Shown here: piece after piece, positions 48,646-60,339 of the stretch
Position numbering within the stretch: position 1 is the stretch's first letter
How the letters are laid out: the number at the start of each line of letters is the position of its first letter
Source: Alphaproteobacteria bacterium
GTDB taxonomy: Bacteria > Pseudomonadota > Alphaproteobacteria > MPNO01
Assembly: GCA_965203455.1 (NCBI GenBank)
Contig: CBDBCV010000012.1
Location: 175,911-239,910 of the forward strand
Reading direction: 5' to 3'
Length of the DNA: 64,000 nucleotides
Position numbers and translations under genes: made by a program
The notes under the pieces: model-generated
What the model was told of the DNA's origin: nothing
Seen by the model: the letters and a program-made list of their open reading frames with translations, nothing else
Database searches by the model: none

Positions 48646-48749
48646 GGGCGGGGACAAGGTCGTGCGGCGCGCGCGGCGGCGGTTCCGTCCAGGCGGACGA
48701 CCCTCTAGACTCGGCCCGGCAACCGAGGGGGCGGGAGGCGCCCGGGACG

Positions 48750-49286
48750 ATGACGCTGACCGACGGGCTGCCCGAGCTCCGGGACCATATCCGCCAGATC
48801 CCGGATTTTCCGAAGCCGGGGATCCTGTTCTACGACATCTCGACGCTGCTGCAGCACGCGGAGGCGTGGCGCAAGACGGTCGACGCGCTGGCCGAGGCGG
48901 TCGCGCGCCACGAACCGGACCGGCTGATCGGGATCGAGTCGCGCGGCTTCCTCGTTGCCGCGCCGCTGGCGCTGAGGCTCGGGCTCGGCTTCACCATGGT
49001 GCGCAAGAAGGACAAGCTGCCCGGCGCCACCATCGGGCACGAATACGCGCTCGAATACGGCACCGACACGGTCGAGATCCAGGCCGATGCGATTACCCCG
49101 GGCCAGCGCGTCGTGGTGCTCGACGATCTGCTGGCGACCGGGGGCACGATGAACGCCGCGATCGAGCTCTTGCGCGAGGTCGGCGCGGACGTGCGCGGGG
49201 CGGCCTGCATCGTCGAGCTCGCGTTCCTCGACGGGCGCGCCCGGCTCGACGTGCCGGTCGACACACTGGTCGCCTACGACTCCTGA
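48750..49286 (+). CDS. apt: Adenine phosphoribosyltransferase
   Basis: [37 protein letters not shown]. Confidence 0.95.
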   Translation: MTLTDGLPELRDHIRQIPDFPKPGILFYDISTLLQHAEAWRKTVDALAEAVARHEPDRLIGIESRGFLVAAPLALRLGLGFTMVRKKDKLPGATIGHEYALEYGTDTVEIQADAITPGQRVVVLDDLLATGGTMNAAIELLREVGADVRGAACIVELAFLDGRARLDVPVDTLVAYDS

Positions 49287-50110
49287 ACCACCCGGTTGGC
49301 GAGCGTGCCGATGCGCTCGATCTCGACCTCGATCGTGTCGCCCGGCTTCATGTAGAGCCTGGGCGTCCGCCCGTGGCCGACGCCGTGCGGGGTGCCGGTC
49401 GAGATGACGTCGCCCGGCGCGAGCGGGGTGAAGCCCGAGACGTAAGCGATGAGCCGCGGGATGCCGAAGATGAAGTCCGCCGTGTTGCCGTCCTGCACGG
49501 TCTCGCCGTTGAGCCGGGTGCGGACGGCGAGCGCATGGGGGTCGGGGATCCCGTCGGCGGTGACGAGGCAGGGGCCGAACCCGCTAGTCTGCGGGAAGTT
49601 CTTGCCGGCCGAGACGTTCTCCTCCTGCCAGTCGCGGATCGAGCCGTCGTTGAGGATCGTGTAGCCCGCGACGTGGCCGAGCGCGTCTTCCTCGGCGATG
49701 TAGCGCCCGGCGCGGCCGATCACGACGGCGAGCTCGCCCTCGAAATCGAACGCCTCCGAGACCCTGGGCCGCACGACGTCTCGCCCATGGCCGACCAGCG
49801 CGTCGTGGTATTTGAGGAACAGGCTCGGCACCGTCGGCACCTTCCGGTTCATCTCACGCACATGCACCATGTAGTTGAGGCCGATGCAGACCAGCTTGGC
49901 CGGGGGGCCGAGCACCGGCAGGAATGCAATCTCCGAGAGCGATACCTTCGGGGCGTCGCCGACCGCCGCCGCGAGTTCGTTTAGCGCGCCGGCCCTGAGC
50001 GCCTCCACGATGCCGGCATGGCCCGTCGCCGCGCCGAGATCGGCGACGGCGTCCCCCGCCAGCGCGCCCCAGCTCGCGGAACCGCCTCGCTCGAAGGTCA
50101 GGAGCTTCAC
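49274..50110 (-). CDS. Fumarylacetoacetate hydrolase family protein
   Basis: CIGLNY, DFEGELA, NDGSIRD, GKNF, STGTP. Confidence 0.9.
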   Translation of the reverse strand: MKLLTFERGGSASWGALAGDAVADLGAATGHAGIVEALRAGALNELAAAVGDAPKVSLSEIAFLPVLGPPAKLVCIGLNYMVHVREMNRKVPTVPSLFLKYHDALVGHGRDVVRPRVSEAFDFEGELAVVIGRAGRYIAEEDALGHVAGYTILNDGSIRDWQEENVSAGKNFPQTSGFGPCLVTADGIPDPHALAVRTRLNGETVQDGNTADFIFGIPRLIAYVSGFTPLAPGDVISTGTPHGVGHGRTPRLYMKPGDTIEVEIERIGTLANRVVQES

Positions 50111-51717
50111 GAACCGCTCCGCCGCGCGGCGGGCGGGCTCGCGGCGAAGCGCGAGTCCTTGAGGCAGTGCCGCCCCTCGGCGTCCTGCCACAGGATTTCG
50201 TCGGCGTGCAGCCTGCCGAGCGCGCGGGCGACCGCCTGGAACCCGTCTTCGGCGTAGCGTTCGGCGAGCTCGGCGAAATAGGCCGGCGCGTCGGCGATAT
50301 CGGCGCGGATGCGCCCGGCGAGGCCGTCGATGTCGGCGTCCGGTCCGGCCTCCGGCGCCGCCCCGTTGGCCGGACCGAGATAGTCCTCGAGGCGCACGCT
50401 GTCGGCATAGGCGTAGGCGATCCGGTGGAAGCGCGCGCGCGGCACGTCGTCGGCGATGGTGGCGTCGATCCCCATCTTGGCGGTCGTCGGCACCTTGCCG
50501 GGCTCGATCCTGAGACTGGGGTCGAGCGGCTTGGAGCGCGCGTTGGAGATTATCAGCACGTCGCGGTCGGCCTGCACCCGGGTCGCCACCGCCCATTCGA
50601 CGTCCACGGGATCGAACACATCGATATCGTCCTCGACCACGGTGACGTGCTTCATGTCGGCGACCGAGAGCGCGGCGGTGATCGCGTTCTTGCCGTCGCC
50701 CGGGTGCGGCTTGATGGCGATCACCGCGTGCCAGTGGCAGCACCCGCCGGGCGTGATGTTGACCGCCGTGACCTGCACGCCCGCCTCGTGGCAAACCCGG
50801 CGGACGGCGGCCTCGTAGATCGGCCCCGACGGCCAGATGTTCTCCCACGGCATGTGGAGCGCGTAGTAGACCGCGTCCCGGCGCATGGCGATCGCGTTGA
50901 CGCGGACCAGCGGGTTCCAGTGCAGCCCGCCCATCAGCCGGGTGAACTCGCCGAACCGCCCCTCCGGGCGGGTCCAGCCGGTCGGCAGGATCTCGGCCTC
51001 CAGCACGATCTCGGCGTCGGCGATGCACTCGATGTCGACCGTCTTGCAGGGGGTGAGTGCGAGCCCCTCGCCCCGCATCCCGCCGGCGATGGCGACCTCG
51101 CTCACCCCGATCGGCGCCTTGTAGGTGGCGGCGATGACCTCGATCGGGTGGGTGCCGATATTGATCGAGATCGGCAGCGGCTCGCCCCTCGCGAATGCTT
51201 TCTCGGCGAAGCGTCGGAGATTGTTGGGCGTGACGATGTCGATGCCGGTGAGCGCGGGCTCCTTGACGAGATAGCGGTAGACCCCGGCGTTGAGCCCGTG
51301 CTCGCCGTCGGGGTCGCGGGCGAGCGTCACGCCGGCGGTGATCATCGGCCCGCCGTCGAGCACCGAGAACAGCGGGATCGGCAGGCGGTAGAGGTCGATG
51401 TCGCCGCCTTCCAGCAGGATCTCGCGGGCCGGCCCGGCATTGACCGAGCGCGGCGCGACGGGGCGGTCGAGGCCGGCGCGGACCTTCGCTTCGATCCCGC
51501 CGAAATCGCACCCCATGGCGACGGCGAGCCGGTCGCGGTGGTTGATCACGCCCGAGACCACCGGCATGTCGTAGCCCGCGACGTTCGTGAAGAGCAGCGC
51601 CTTGTCCGACTGGTCGACCAGCGCCGCGATGTGGCGGATATCGACCGGCCGCGAAATCTCGACCAGCTGGTCCGCCGCGCGCAACTCGCCCAGCAGCTCG
51701 CGAAAATTCTCCGCCAT
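50107..51717 (-). CDS. UbiD family (de)carboxylase with C-terminal extension
   Basis: NAGVYR, ADAEIVLEA, EGRFGEF, VEWAVATR, LDPS. Confidence 0.9.
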   Translation of the reverse strand: MAENFRELLGELRAADQLVEISRPVDIRHIAALVDQSDKALLFTNVAGYDMPVVSGVINHRDRLAVAMGCDFGGIEAKVRAGLDRPVAPRSVNAGPAREILLEGGDIDLYRLPIPLFSVLDGGPMITAGVTLARDPDGEHGLNAGVYRYLVKEPALTGIDIVTPNNLRRFAEKAFARGEPLPISINIGTHPIEVIAATYKAPIGVSEVAIAGGMRGEGLALTPCKTVDIECIADAEIVLEAEILPTGWTRPEGRFGEFTRLMGGLHWNPLVRVNAIAMRRDAVYYALHMPWENIWPSGPIYEAAVRRVCHEAGVQVTAVNITPGGCCHWHAVIAIKPHPGDGKNAITAALSVADMKHVTVVEDDIDVFDPVDVEWAVATRVQADRDVLIISNARSKPLDPSLRIEPGKVPTTAKMGIDATIADDVPRARFHRIAYAYADSVRLEDYLGPANGAAPEAGPDADIDGLAGRIRADIADAPAYFAELAERYAEDGFQAVARALGRLHADEILWQDAEGRHCLKDSRFAASPPAARRSGS

Positions 51718-51779
51718 GCGCCCGTTCCATCCTGTGTGCGGGCGGACGGTATCACCGGGGCGAGGGCGATGCCAACGCG

Positions 51780-51873
51780 GCCCTTCGATACGCGCCCTTC
51801 AGGCGCTACTCAGGGTGAGGGTTTCTTTCTCCATCCTCATCCCGAGTAGGCCCGAAGGGCCGTATCGAGGGAC
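51780..51873. repeat. REP-like doublet family A
   Basis: CCTTCGATACG..CTACTCAGGGTGAGG / CCTCATCCCGAGTAG..CGTATCGAGGG. Confidence 0.9.
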
Positions 51874-51879
51874 GCGCCC

Positions 51880-52260
51880 CTACCCCCGCGGCGCCTCGGG
51901 CCGCGTGGCGACGAACACGGCCGCGCCGCAGATCGTCGCAACCAGCGCCGCCGTCGCGATCCAGTGGAAGCCCGCGAAGAACACCAGCACCACCACCGCG
52001 AGCGTCATGAACCCGAGCGCCGCCACCTTGGCGCGGCGGCGGATCACCCCGTGATTCTGCCAGTCGACCACCGGCGGGCCGAAGCGCGGATGGGCGAGCA
52101 GCCAGCGGTGGAACCGCTCGGAACTCCGCGCGAACGCCCACACCGCGACCAGCAGGAACACCACCGTCGGCATCCCCGGCACCACCACGCCGATAGCGCC
52201 GAGTCCGACGCAGACCCAGCCGAGCGCGAGATAGGCGTAGCGGACGAGGGGGGCGCGCAT
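51880..52260 (-). CDS. YbaN/DUF454 membrane protein
   Basis: GAIGVVVPGMPTVVFLL..FARSS.RF..WL..HPRFGP. Confidence 0.85.
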   Translation of the reverse strand: MRAPLVRYAYLALGWVCVGLGAIGVVVPGMPTVVFLLVAVWAFARSSERFHRWLLAHPRFGPPVVDWQNHGVIRRRAKVAALGFMTLAVVVLVFFAGFHWIATAALVATICGAAVFVATRPEAPRG

Positions 52261-52356
52261 GGCGGGACTATAGCGGAATGTTCGCGAAGCTCCCGCCGGT
52301 CGCCATTGCTCGGGCCGCCTTACCAGATTACAATAAAGGAAAGGAGGTCGCGAACC

Positions 52357-52599
52357 ATGATCGTCAGGATCACGTCGAAACGCCAGGTCACCTTTCCGGC
52401 GCGCGTGCTCGACGCGCTGGGCGTCGGCCCCGGAGACCGGCTCGAGCTCGACGAGGGGCCCGACGGGTTCGTCCTTCGTCCGAGACGCGTCGACCTGTCC
52501 CGCCTGGGCACGTTGAAGGACAAGATCCCGCCCGGACATCCACCGTTCGATCTCGGGGCCTTCCGCGACCAACCTCATGACCCGGCGCTTCGGGATTGA
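52357..52599 (+). CDS. AbrB/MazE-type antitoxin
   Basis: RITSKRQVTFP..LDALG..PGD. Confidence 0.8.
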   Translation: MIVRITSKRQVTFPARVLDALGVGPGDRLELDEGPDGFVLRPRRVDLSRLGTLKDKIPPGHPPFDLGAFRDQPHDPALRD

Positions 52600-52972
52600 C
52601 ACCTCGATCCTCGTGCGGCTCGTCACCGGCGATCCCGAGGCCGGATTCCAACACTGCGTGCGCCGGATCGGCGCCCTGATCGACGAGGGGCACGAGGTGT
52701 TCGCGTCGAACCAGGTGATCGGCGAAGCCTATGTCGCGGTGCAGCACCATTACGGCATATCGAAAACCGACGCGCGTTCGGCGTTGCACGCGGCGCTGCG
52801 GAGCGGCTTCGTCGCGCCACTGAACGGCCGGACGGCGATCGCGGCGCTCGAAGCCTCCGACGGGGCGGGCCTGCTCGACCGCCTGATCGCGGACGACTAT
52901 GCGCAAGCGGGCCTGGAGACGCTGACGCTCGACCGCAAGATGGCCCGCCTCGCCGATACGCGCCGCCTGTAG
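52577..52972 (+). CDS. PIN-domain toxin (VapC-like)
   Basis: IDTSIL, VIGE, LLDRLI, TLD acidic residues; overlaps antitoxin. Confidence 0.85.
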   Translation: MTRRFGIDTSILVRLVTGDPEAGFQHCVRRIGALIDEGHEVFASNQVIGEAYVAVQHHYGISKTDARSALHAALRSGFVAPLNGRTAIAALEASDGAGLLDRLIADDYAQAGLETLTLDRKMARLADTRRL

Positions 52973-52987
52973 GCCGGGCGGCGCGGC

Positions 52988-53485
52988 CTAAGCGCCAGCG
53001 AACAGCCGGCCGTCCTTCCGCCGGAACGGGATCCAGCCGCCCAGCCGGACGGCGCCGTAGATCAGGTTGCGCTGGAACCAGCCGACCTGCGCTTCCTTCA
53101 TGGCGGCGGGGAACACGTCGTCGGCGAACCGCCTCATCCGGGCGGTTCCCTCGCGCCCCTCGAACTGCCAGGCGACGTAGAGCCAGTCGTGGACGATGCT
53201 GGCTTCGAGATGCGGGCCGACGCGGCTCACCGCCCAGCGACCCGGGCGCGGCACCGAGGAGAGGTCGGTCAGGAAACCGGCGGGAATGGAAATCCGGAGG
53301 CGCGAAACCCGGCCGGTGCCCTCTTCCCTGACCGTCACCCAGGCCCGGTAGCGCTGCGCGAGCACGTACTCGGCATCCTCCCCCCGACGGCCCCGCACCG
53401 CCTCGATCCCGCGGGTGAGGTGCAGGTCGCTTTCGTAGCGGAAGCCGACGATCTCGACCGGCTCGTCCGGGTAGGCGCGCGTCAT
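52988..53485 (-). CDS. DUF1353 domain protein
   Basis: IPAGFLTDLSSVP..ASIVHDWLY..AD..F..AM..YGAVRLGG. Confidence 0.8.
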   Translation of the reverse strand: MTRAYPDEPVEIVGFRYESDLHLTRGIEAVRGRRGEDAEYVLAQRYRAWVTVREEGTGRVSRLRISIPAGFLTDLSSVPRPGRWAVSRVGPHLEASIVHDWLYVAWQFEGREGTARMRRFADDVFPAAMKEAQVGWFQRNLIYGAVRLGGWIPFRRKDGRLFAGA

Positions 53486-53675
53486 CCGCCGGTCGGCTCC
53501 GGCCTTGCCGGGTTCCGGGATGTGCCGCAGGCCGTCGTCCGTGTCGGCGCATGGCGTCGCGGCCGAATACTCGCGGATGTTCGTCGATGTTTTAGTATCG
53601 TATCAAACAAGGTATATCCCCAATATTGGGGTAATTTGGCCTTATATTTCGTTTTTTCATACATTATTACTCAAA

Positions 53676-55637
53676 GAGAAATGTGCGCTGTGGTGATTTT
53701 TGGCTGTCGCCGGTTCGATTTTGGCGGTTGAATATCGTCCGGCCCGCTTCCCCACCGGGCAGGATACGGGCTTCCGGGGCCTGACAAATACGATTACCGG
53801 AAGATTGTCTGGCGTGCGGGCGTGGCTTCCCCTCTGCCGTCGGGCGGCGGGATCGGGCAGGATTGTCGGGAGGCAGACGAGCGGTCAGCCGGTGTCGAGA
53901 TACGGCACGGCGCCGACCAGGGAGCGCATGCGCTCGGGGCGGCCGGCGCGGGCCTGGGCGAGAGCCATCGCCATCATCACCGCCAGGGCGAGGCCGAGGC
54001 GGGTCTTCATCTTGGCGCGGCCTCGGATGTAGTGGGTCTCGAAGTTGAAGCTGTTGTCGAGGCGGCTGTTGATCCGCTCCATGGCCGAGCGGCGGTTGTA
54101 GCCGCGCCGCCATGACGGACTGCCCCAGGGCGTGGGGGTGAAGATGCGCCGGTCGTGGCTGTCGAGGTCGATGCGCAGGATGCGGCCATAGTCTCCGGGC
54201 TTGACCCCGCCGGCCCGGTGGCAGGCCCGGCTGCCGGCGCAGGCGAAGCCGAAGGCGGCTGCCGGGCAGCGGTATTTGAGCGTGCCGCAGCGGCCCCGAT
54301 CAGCCTCGAACCCCTGAAACGCCATAGCGCGGACCTCGCCGGTCCCGGGACAGACGCAGGACACCCGGCCGCGCTCGTCGTGAACGATGACATCGGCGCG
54401 GTCGGGGAACAGCGGCCGCGTGATCGGCTGCGCCGGATCGTATCTCGGCTCCTGCTTCTCCACCCGCCACATCAGCCGTGTATCGATCAGCGGGCGGGCG
54501 GTCCACCGGTCCCACAGCCGCGCCTTCAGGCGGGCATCGTCGAGACCGCGGTCGGCGCTGAAGTCGGCGCAGCGCCCGGCGATCTCCGGCGCCCTTGCGA
54601 ACAGCTCCTCCAGCATCCCGGACAGCACCTTGGGTTCCGAGGCCGAAGCGCGCGTCACCTCGAAGGCCACCGGAACCTCGTAATCGGTGTCGGCGATCAG
54701 GTGCAGCCCGTAGCCGAACCACGACTTCACCTTCTTCCACACCGCGCCGGTCCTGGCGTCCACCCCGCCCGTCTCGTGCTTGCCCCAGTCGGCGTCGGGG
54801 TCCGAGGTCTTGTCCTCGTCCTTGCCGACCCGGCCCGTCGAGTGGCTCGCGATCGCCTTGCCGTCGTAGCCGAGATGACGCCCGAAGTCCGGCAACGCGG
54901 CGAACAGCGCGGCGCGCAGGCTCTCGATCATGGCGGACACCAGCCCCTGCTCGTCCTCAAGCTGCACAACACGCCCCAGAAACCGCGAGAAGTTCCAGTG
55001 GCTCGGCGCCGTCGAACGAACCCGCGCCGGGCGCGTTACCGCATGCCCGTCGTGAAGCACCGTCACCGGCCCGCTCTGATACGGCAGAGGGTCGAACCCG
55101 CAGATCTCCAGCAACGCCGGGTTGCGCCCCAGCTCCCGCAACAGCGACTGCATCGAGGCGTGTTGCAACACCACCCCCGCGATCAGCGCCCGCCACATCG
55201 CCCGCACCGGGTAGTCGTTACGGCCCCGACCGCGACACACTTCAAGCGCCGTCACGATCTCCTCGTCGGGAAGCACCGCCAGAACCAGGCGCAGCCGTTC
55301 AAGGTCCGGCAGGACTTCGACATCGCGCCACGAAAAGGGTAGCTTCGCCGCCGTCGCCATCGCTGTTCTCCCGACCAGGGGTGGTGGTGGAACAAGGGCC
55401 CCAGGGCCCGATGGCGACACCTTCTATCTCATGCGCACGATCAGGGCGCGCGAGGCCGCCGCAGGAAAACCTCGCTGCCAAGACGCCGCGACCAGCGGCG
55501 TGGGGTGAAAATCGCCAAAACGACCGCCGCAGCGAAACTGAAACCCCGGATATCAACGACCACCACGGGGTATCAAAAATCTCGCACCTCCGTGAACGCC
55601 TTGTAAATCAACCCGTCCCCGACAGCGCAAACGCCTC
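53676..55637 (-). mobile_element. IS1182/IS4-like element copy 2 (transposase 53885-55360)
   Basis: Same 1962-bp element inverted; TCAAA duplicated. Confidence 0.85.
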
Positions 55638-56515
55638 TCAAAATAATGCAAATCTACCTTGCCTTCGTATAAAACATATATTCAATTATTGGGTGAAAAA
55701 GGACCGCAGGAGGGGTCCCAGGGCATGTTCGCGTCCAGGCATCGGTCACCCGTGCGTCGGAGGCTCCGGAAGCAGCCGGGGTCAGGGACGGTGCCGTTTG
55801 CCGGGTTTCCGCTGCAGCGCGAAGCAGCGAGGCAAAACGGGAGTCGGCCAAACAAGACCGACAGCCGGGGACCGTCGCGGGGCGATGTGGGGTCCGGACC
55901 CGCAGAGGATTGCCCCCACCAGGAGCGTTGCCGAGCCGTTGTAGGGAACCTCGACAGGGCTCGCGGATTACCGGTGGAAGACAACCGGAGTCCGAATGCA
56001 TTGCGGCTTCTCCGACCGTCGCGGCGAAACGACACACTGCGACAACCGACAGTCCAGAGACACGGTTCGGTGTCTGGTCTGCGCGAATCCAGAAGCACCC
56101 GGACCAGCCGTCGCAAACGAACGCCGCGGAGGTAACGAAAAGTGCTTAAGCGCGCCAGGAATAAATTCAGGCAACGCGTACTCGTGCTGAAGTCACGAGC
56201 GCGCCGTATGTATCGGGCATTATCGAAAGCGCTTGAGAAAAAAATCCTGATTTTCGTGGCGTACGTGTATTTCGTGTCTGTAGCGTTGATATATCTGTGG
56301 CGCCACTACAATCATTATGGGCTAGATCTGTTCAAGTATCTTGCATTCGAAGACATCGTCATCCTTACGATTGCGGCGTGGTTCGGTCCGTTTATCGCCG
56401 TACCCGTATTGTGTATTCTCTTTGCTGTCTTCCTTTTCGTGGCGTCTTTCCTCGTCGATTTTATTCGCGAAGACGACACGATTCCCAAGTGGGACAAGTT
56501 GCTTCCAGAGATTAA

Positions 56516-58145
56516 CCTGATGTATTCGCCAAGGTCTGAGGACAAGGTGGCGGACGTGGCGTAACCCGTTGGTTTCGGGTAGAAATTCGTTTCCGAGCGA
56601 AATTCCCCCGAAGCAACGAAAGCGCCACGCCGCCATGACCGAAGATACCCTTCTCCCGTTCGATCTTCCAGCCGTAAGCCGCAAGAAGGTGACCGCCGAT
56701 TTCGCCGGCGGTTCGATCTCGTCGGACGGCGGGCTTGTGCTGCTGCGCGGGGCCGAGCGCCGGCTTCGTCTGGCCGAGACGCTGGCCGGCTGCATCCGGG
56801 AGTGGCGCGACCCGGCGCGGACGGTCCACACGCTGCCTGCGATGCTGCGGTTCCGCATGTTCGCGATCGCCTGCGGCTACGAGGACGCCGACGCCCTTCG
56901 ACAAGCTCAGGAGCGACACGCTGCGCGCCGATCCGCTGTTCAAGCTGGCGGTGGGCCGGGCGCCGGAGAGCGGCCGCGATCTCTGTTCGCAACCGACCAT
57001 GAGCCGGCTCGAGAACGCGCCTTCGCGCAGCGAGGTGGGGCGCCTGACGGCCGCGCTGGTCGACATCTTCTGCCGTTCCTTCGATGCCCCGCCGGCGGCG
57101 ATCACGCTCGACATCGACGAGACCTGCGACGCGGTGCACGGCCATCAGCAGCTGTCGCTGTTCCACGGCTTCTACGACACCCGGTGCTTCCTCCCGGTCC
57201 ACGTCTACCATGTCGAGAGCGGCAAGCCGGTGGCGGTTCTCCTGCGCCCCGGCAAGACGCCCTCCGGGGTCGAGGTCCGCACCATGCTCAGGCACCTGAC
57301 GCGGCACATCCGCCGGCACTGGCCGCGCACCCGGCTCACCTTCCGGGGCGACAGCCATTACGGCCGGACCGAGGCGATGGCGTGGTGCGAGGACAACGGC
57401 GTCGACTACATCTTCGGCCTGGCGGGGAACGCGGTGCTGCACGCCCTCGCCGACGAGACCGCCGACGATGTCGAGCTGCGCCACGCCGAGACCGGCGCCG
57501 ACAAGGTCCGCGGCTTCGCCAGCTTCGATTACGCCGCCGGCTCGTGCGACCGCGAGCGCCGCGTGGTCGCCCGGCTCGAGGCCACGGCCCGCGGCTTCGA
57601 CGCGCGCTACATCGTCACCTCGCTCACCGGCGAGCCGCGCCATCTCTACGAAGGGGTGTATTGCGCGCGGGGACAGGCGGAAAATCTGATAAAGCAGCAC
57701 AAGTCCCAGCTCGCCTCCGACCGCACCTCCTGCCAGAGCCCGCTCGCCAACCAGTTCCGCCGGGTGCTCCACACCGCCGCCTACTGGCTGATGCTCGCGC
57801 TCCGCGACGCCGTGCCGCGCAGGATGGATCTCGCCTGGGCCGAGTTCGCCACCATCCGCCGGAGGCTGCTCAAGATCGGCGCCCGGGTGGTGGAGAAGGC
57901 CGCCCGCGTCCGCATCCACCTCGCCTCGGCCTGCCCCGACGCCGCCCTGTTCCGCCTCTTGGCGGGCCGGTTCGCGACCTCCGGACCCTGACCGCCGGGG
58001 CGGCGTGCCCCGCGAACCCGAGCCCGTTCAACCCTCAACCCCGAGTTCAAAAACGCCAAATCCCGGCACCGTAAAGGCGCCGAACACAAGCCCCTGCGCA
58101 CTGGAAAACCGACCAATTTAATCGAACTGTCACGAATAGATGCGG
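56516..58145 (+). mobile_element. IS1380-family element with frameshifted transposase (56635-57991)
   Basis: CCTGATGTATTCG/CGAATAGATGCGG ends, TTAA TSD; SSDGG, GYED, SQPTMSRLEN, RGDS, YCARGQAEN. Confidence 0.9.
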
Positions 58146-58170
58146 TTAAGTATTTGCCACCGCAGGTGCG

Positions 58171-59512
58171 TGAGGTGGCGTCGGTTTGTCGGACAGGCTG
58201 ACGGCGTTTTCAAGGTGTATTCCGGTTGAAGTTTGTGCCGCCAGAATCCTCTTGGATCGATCTTTCTGCTGCTGCTGTTGCGCCTGTGGGTATGTGGTCA
58301 AGGCGCGAAGCGGCTTGTCCATCATATCCACAGGCGTGTCGCCCCGGTAGGCCTCGGCCGGCGTCCGCCCGCCGAGTGCCGAGTGCGGTCTCTCGGTGTT
58401 GTAGAAGCCGATCCACTGGCCGATGACGCGCCGGGCTGCGAAGCCGTCGGCGATCTCGTGCAGGTAGACCGCCTCGTATTTGAGCGAGCGCCACAGCCGC
58501 TCGATGAAGATGTTGTCCATGCACCGGCCGCGGCCGTCCATCGAGATGCGGATACCGGCCTCCCGCAGGCGCGCGGTGAAGGCGAAGCCGGTGAACTGGC
58601 TGCCCTGGTCGGTGTTGAAGATCTGCGGGGTGCCATGGCGCGCCAGGGCTTCGTCGAGAGCCTCGACACAGAACCCCGCGTCCAGCGTGTTCGACAGCCG
58701 CCAGGCCAGGACGCAGCGGCTCGCCCAGTCCATGATCGCCACCAGGTAGAGGAAGCCGCGCCGCACCGGGATGTAGGTGATGTCGGCGCACCACACATGG
58801 TTCGGCCGCTCGATCGCCAGACCCCGCAGCAGATATGGATAAACCCGGTGCCCGAGGTGCGGCGCACTGGTCCGCGGCGCCCGATAGACCGCCTGAAGAC
58901 CAAGCAGGCGCATCAGGCGAGCGGCCCGCCGCCGCCCGATCCGCACCCCCTCGCGGCGCAGATGCCGAACCATCTGGCGGGCGCCGTAGAACGGATACTT
59001 GAGGAACAGCGCGTCGATCCGGCGCATCAGAGCCAGCGTCTCCGCGCTCTCCCCCTTCGGCCGGTCATAGAGCGACGAGCGCCCGATCGACAGCAGACGG
59101 CATTGCCGGGTCAGGCTCAACGACGGGTGGCCCCGCACAACCATCGCCCGTCTCCCGGACCGGCTCAGCGACCGGACCCGCGTGACAAAAAATCACGCTC
59201 TACGATCAACTCCCCGATCTTGGCGTGAAGAGCCCGGACCTCGCTCTCGTGATCCCGCGCCCGGCGCTCACCTCCACCGGAAAAGACCTCCCCCAGACCC
59301 TCCATCGCCTGGCGCTTCCACACACCCACCTGGTTCGGATGCACCTGGTGCTTCGAGGCAATCTCCTGAAGCGTCCGATCACCCCGTAGCGCCTCCAAGG
59401 CTATCTTCGCCTTCAGCTCCCCCGAAAACCTGCGTCGCTTGCTCATCCGCATTCCTCCGTCACACGGCGGAATACACCTTGACGACCTGTCCGATTTTGC
59501 GACGCCACCTCA
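58171..59512 (-). mobile_element. IS3-family element copy 3
   Basis: Same TIRs; GCG TSD. Confidence 0.95.
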
Positions 59513-59712
59513 GCGATCGAGCGGGCCGGACCGTAGAGTCTTCGATCTGGCGGAATACCGGAAGATCGCGGAATTGGCGGTTCGCAACGTCTTTTACACG
59601 TTATGCAACGTTGGGGTGGTATTTGTTCATGGCTTTATAGTTGGCGAGTATCCCCTTGACATACGGTAGCGGCCCGATCACCCTGCCGCCCTGATAGCCG
59701 AGGGGACAGGGC

Positions 59713-59940
59713 ATGAGCGGATGGATCACGGCGGCTACGCTGGCGAGGGATGCCGGGGTTTCGCCCGCACGGTTCCGGCGCGAGCTCCAGCTTGCGGAAG
59801 AGCGAGGCGAGATCACTTGGCATCGGCGGGGAACTCACTGGCAGGCCCGCGTTGGCAGTCCTGAATACGACGATCTGAACCGTGTGCTCACCGACCTCAT
59901 CAACGCCGACACGGCCCGCGAGCGGCTACGCGGCCGCTGA
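59713..59940 (+). CDS. Hypothetical passenger protein, possible HTH
   Basis: RBS-like GAGGGG; ITAATLARDAGVSPARFRRELQ. Confidence 0.5.
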   Translation: MSGWITAATLARDAGVSPARFRRELQLAEERGEITWHRRGTHWQARVGSPEYDDLNRVLTDLINADTARERLRGR

Positions 59941-59964
59941 ACGACGTTCAGCCCGAGACGCGTC

Positions 59965-60312
59965 ATGGAGTGGGTCGTCTGGCTGGGCGCGCTTGTCCTC
60001 TTTGGGATGGTCGCGCGGGTCGCCCTCATCGAGCCACTGGGGCGGCTGCTGTTCAAGAAGGCGCGGCGGGGATCGGTGACGGACGAACAGGTGAAGCAGC
60101 TCGTCCATCTCGCGTTTCTCAGGGAAGTGTCGCCCTGCCCTTTGGCGAGAGAGCTTGCTGAGATGAGCAGCTTCGAGGCGTCTTCCTTGATCGGCAGCCG
60201 GCTGAACAAGCCGAAGCGCGCCATGGTGCCCTCATGGGAAAATCGCGAACGGGGTGCCCTCAAGACGCTGGAAGAGGTCAAGCGCATCCGCGCCCAAGTT
60301 CTGGGCAAGTGA
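59965..60312 (+). CDS. Hypothetical passenger protein with N-terminal TM
   Basis: Hydrophobic N-terminus, co-directional with neighbours. Confidence 0.5.
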   Translation: MEWVVWLGALVLFGMVARVALIEPLGRLLFKKARRGSVTDEQVKQLVHLAFLREVSPCPLARELAEMSSFEASSLIGSRLNKPKRAMVPSWENRERGALKTLEEVKRIRAQVLGK

Positions 60313-60339
60313 CCCGCCCTCCTGTGCTATCGTCCCCCC

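Larger units (their letters stand above)
56208..59642 (+). pseudogene. AT-rich membrane protein gene broken by IS1380, IS3 and IS1595
   Basis: Removing the elements and one TSD each restores ..LLPEIKYLPPQVRSSGPDRR..FVHGFIV. Confidence 0.7.

Noticed and set aside
55659-56200. ORFs upstream of the broken membrane gene
   Set aside because: No recognisable motifs or consistent frame; cannot support a call.
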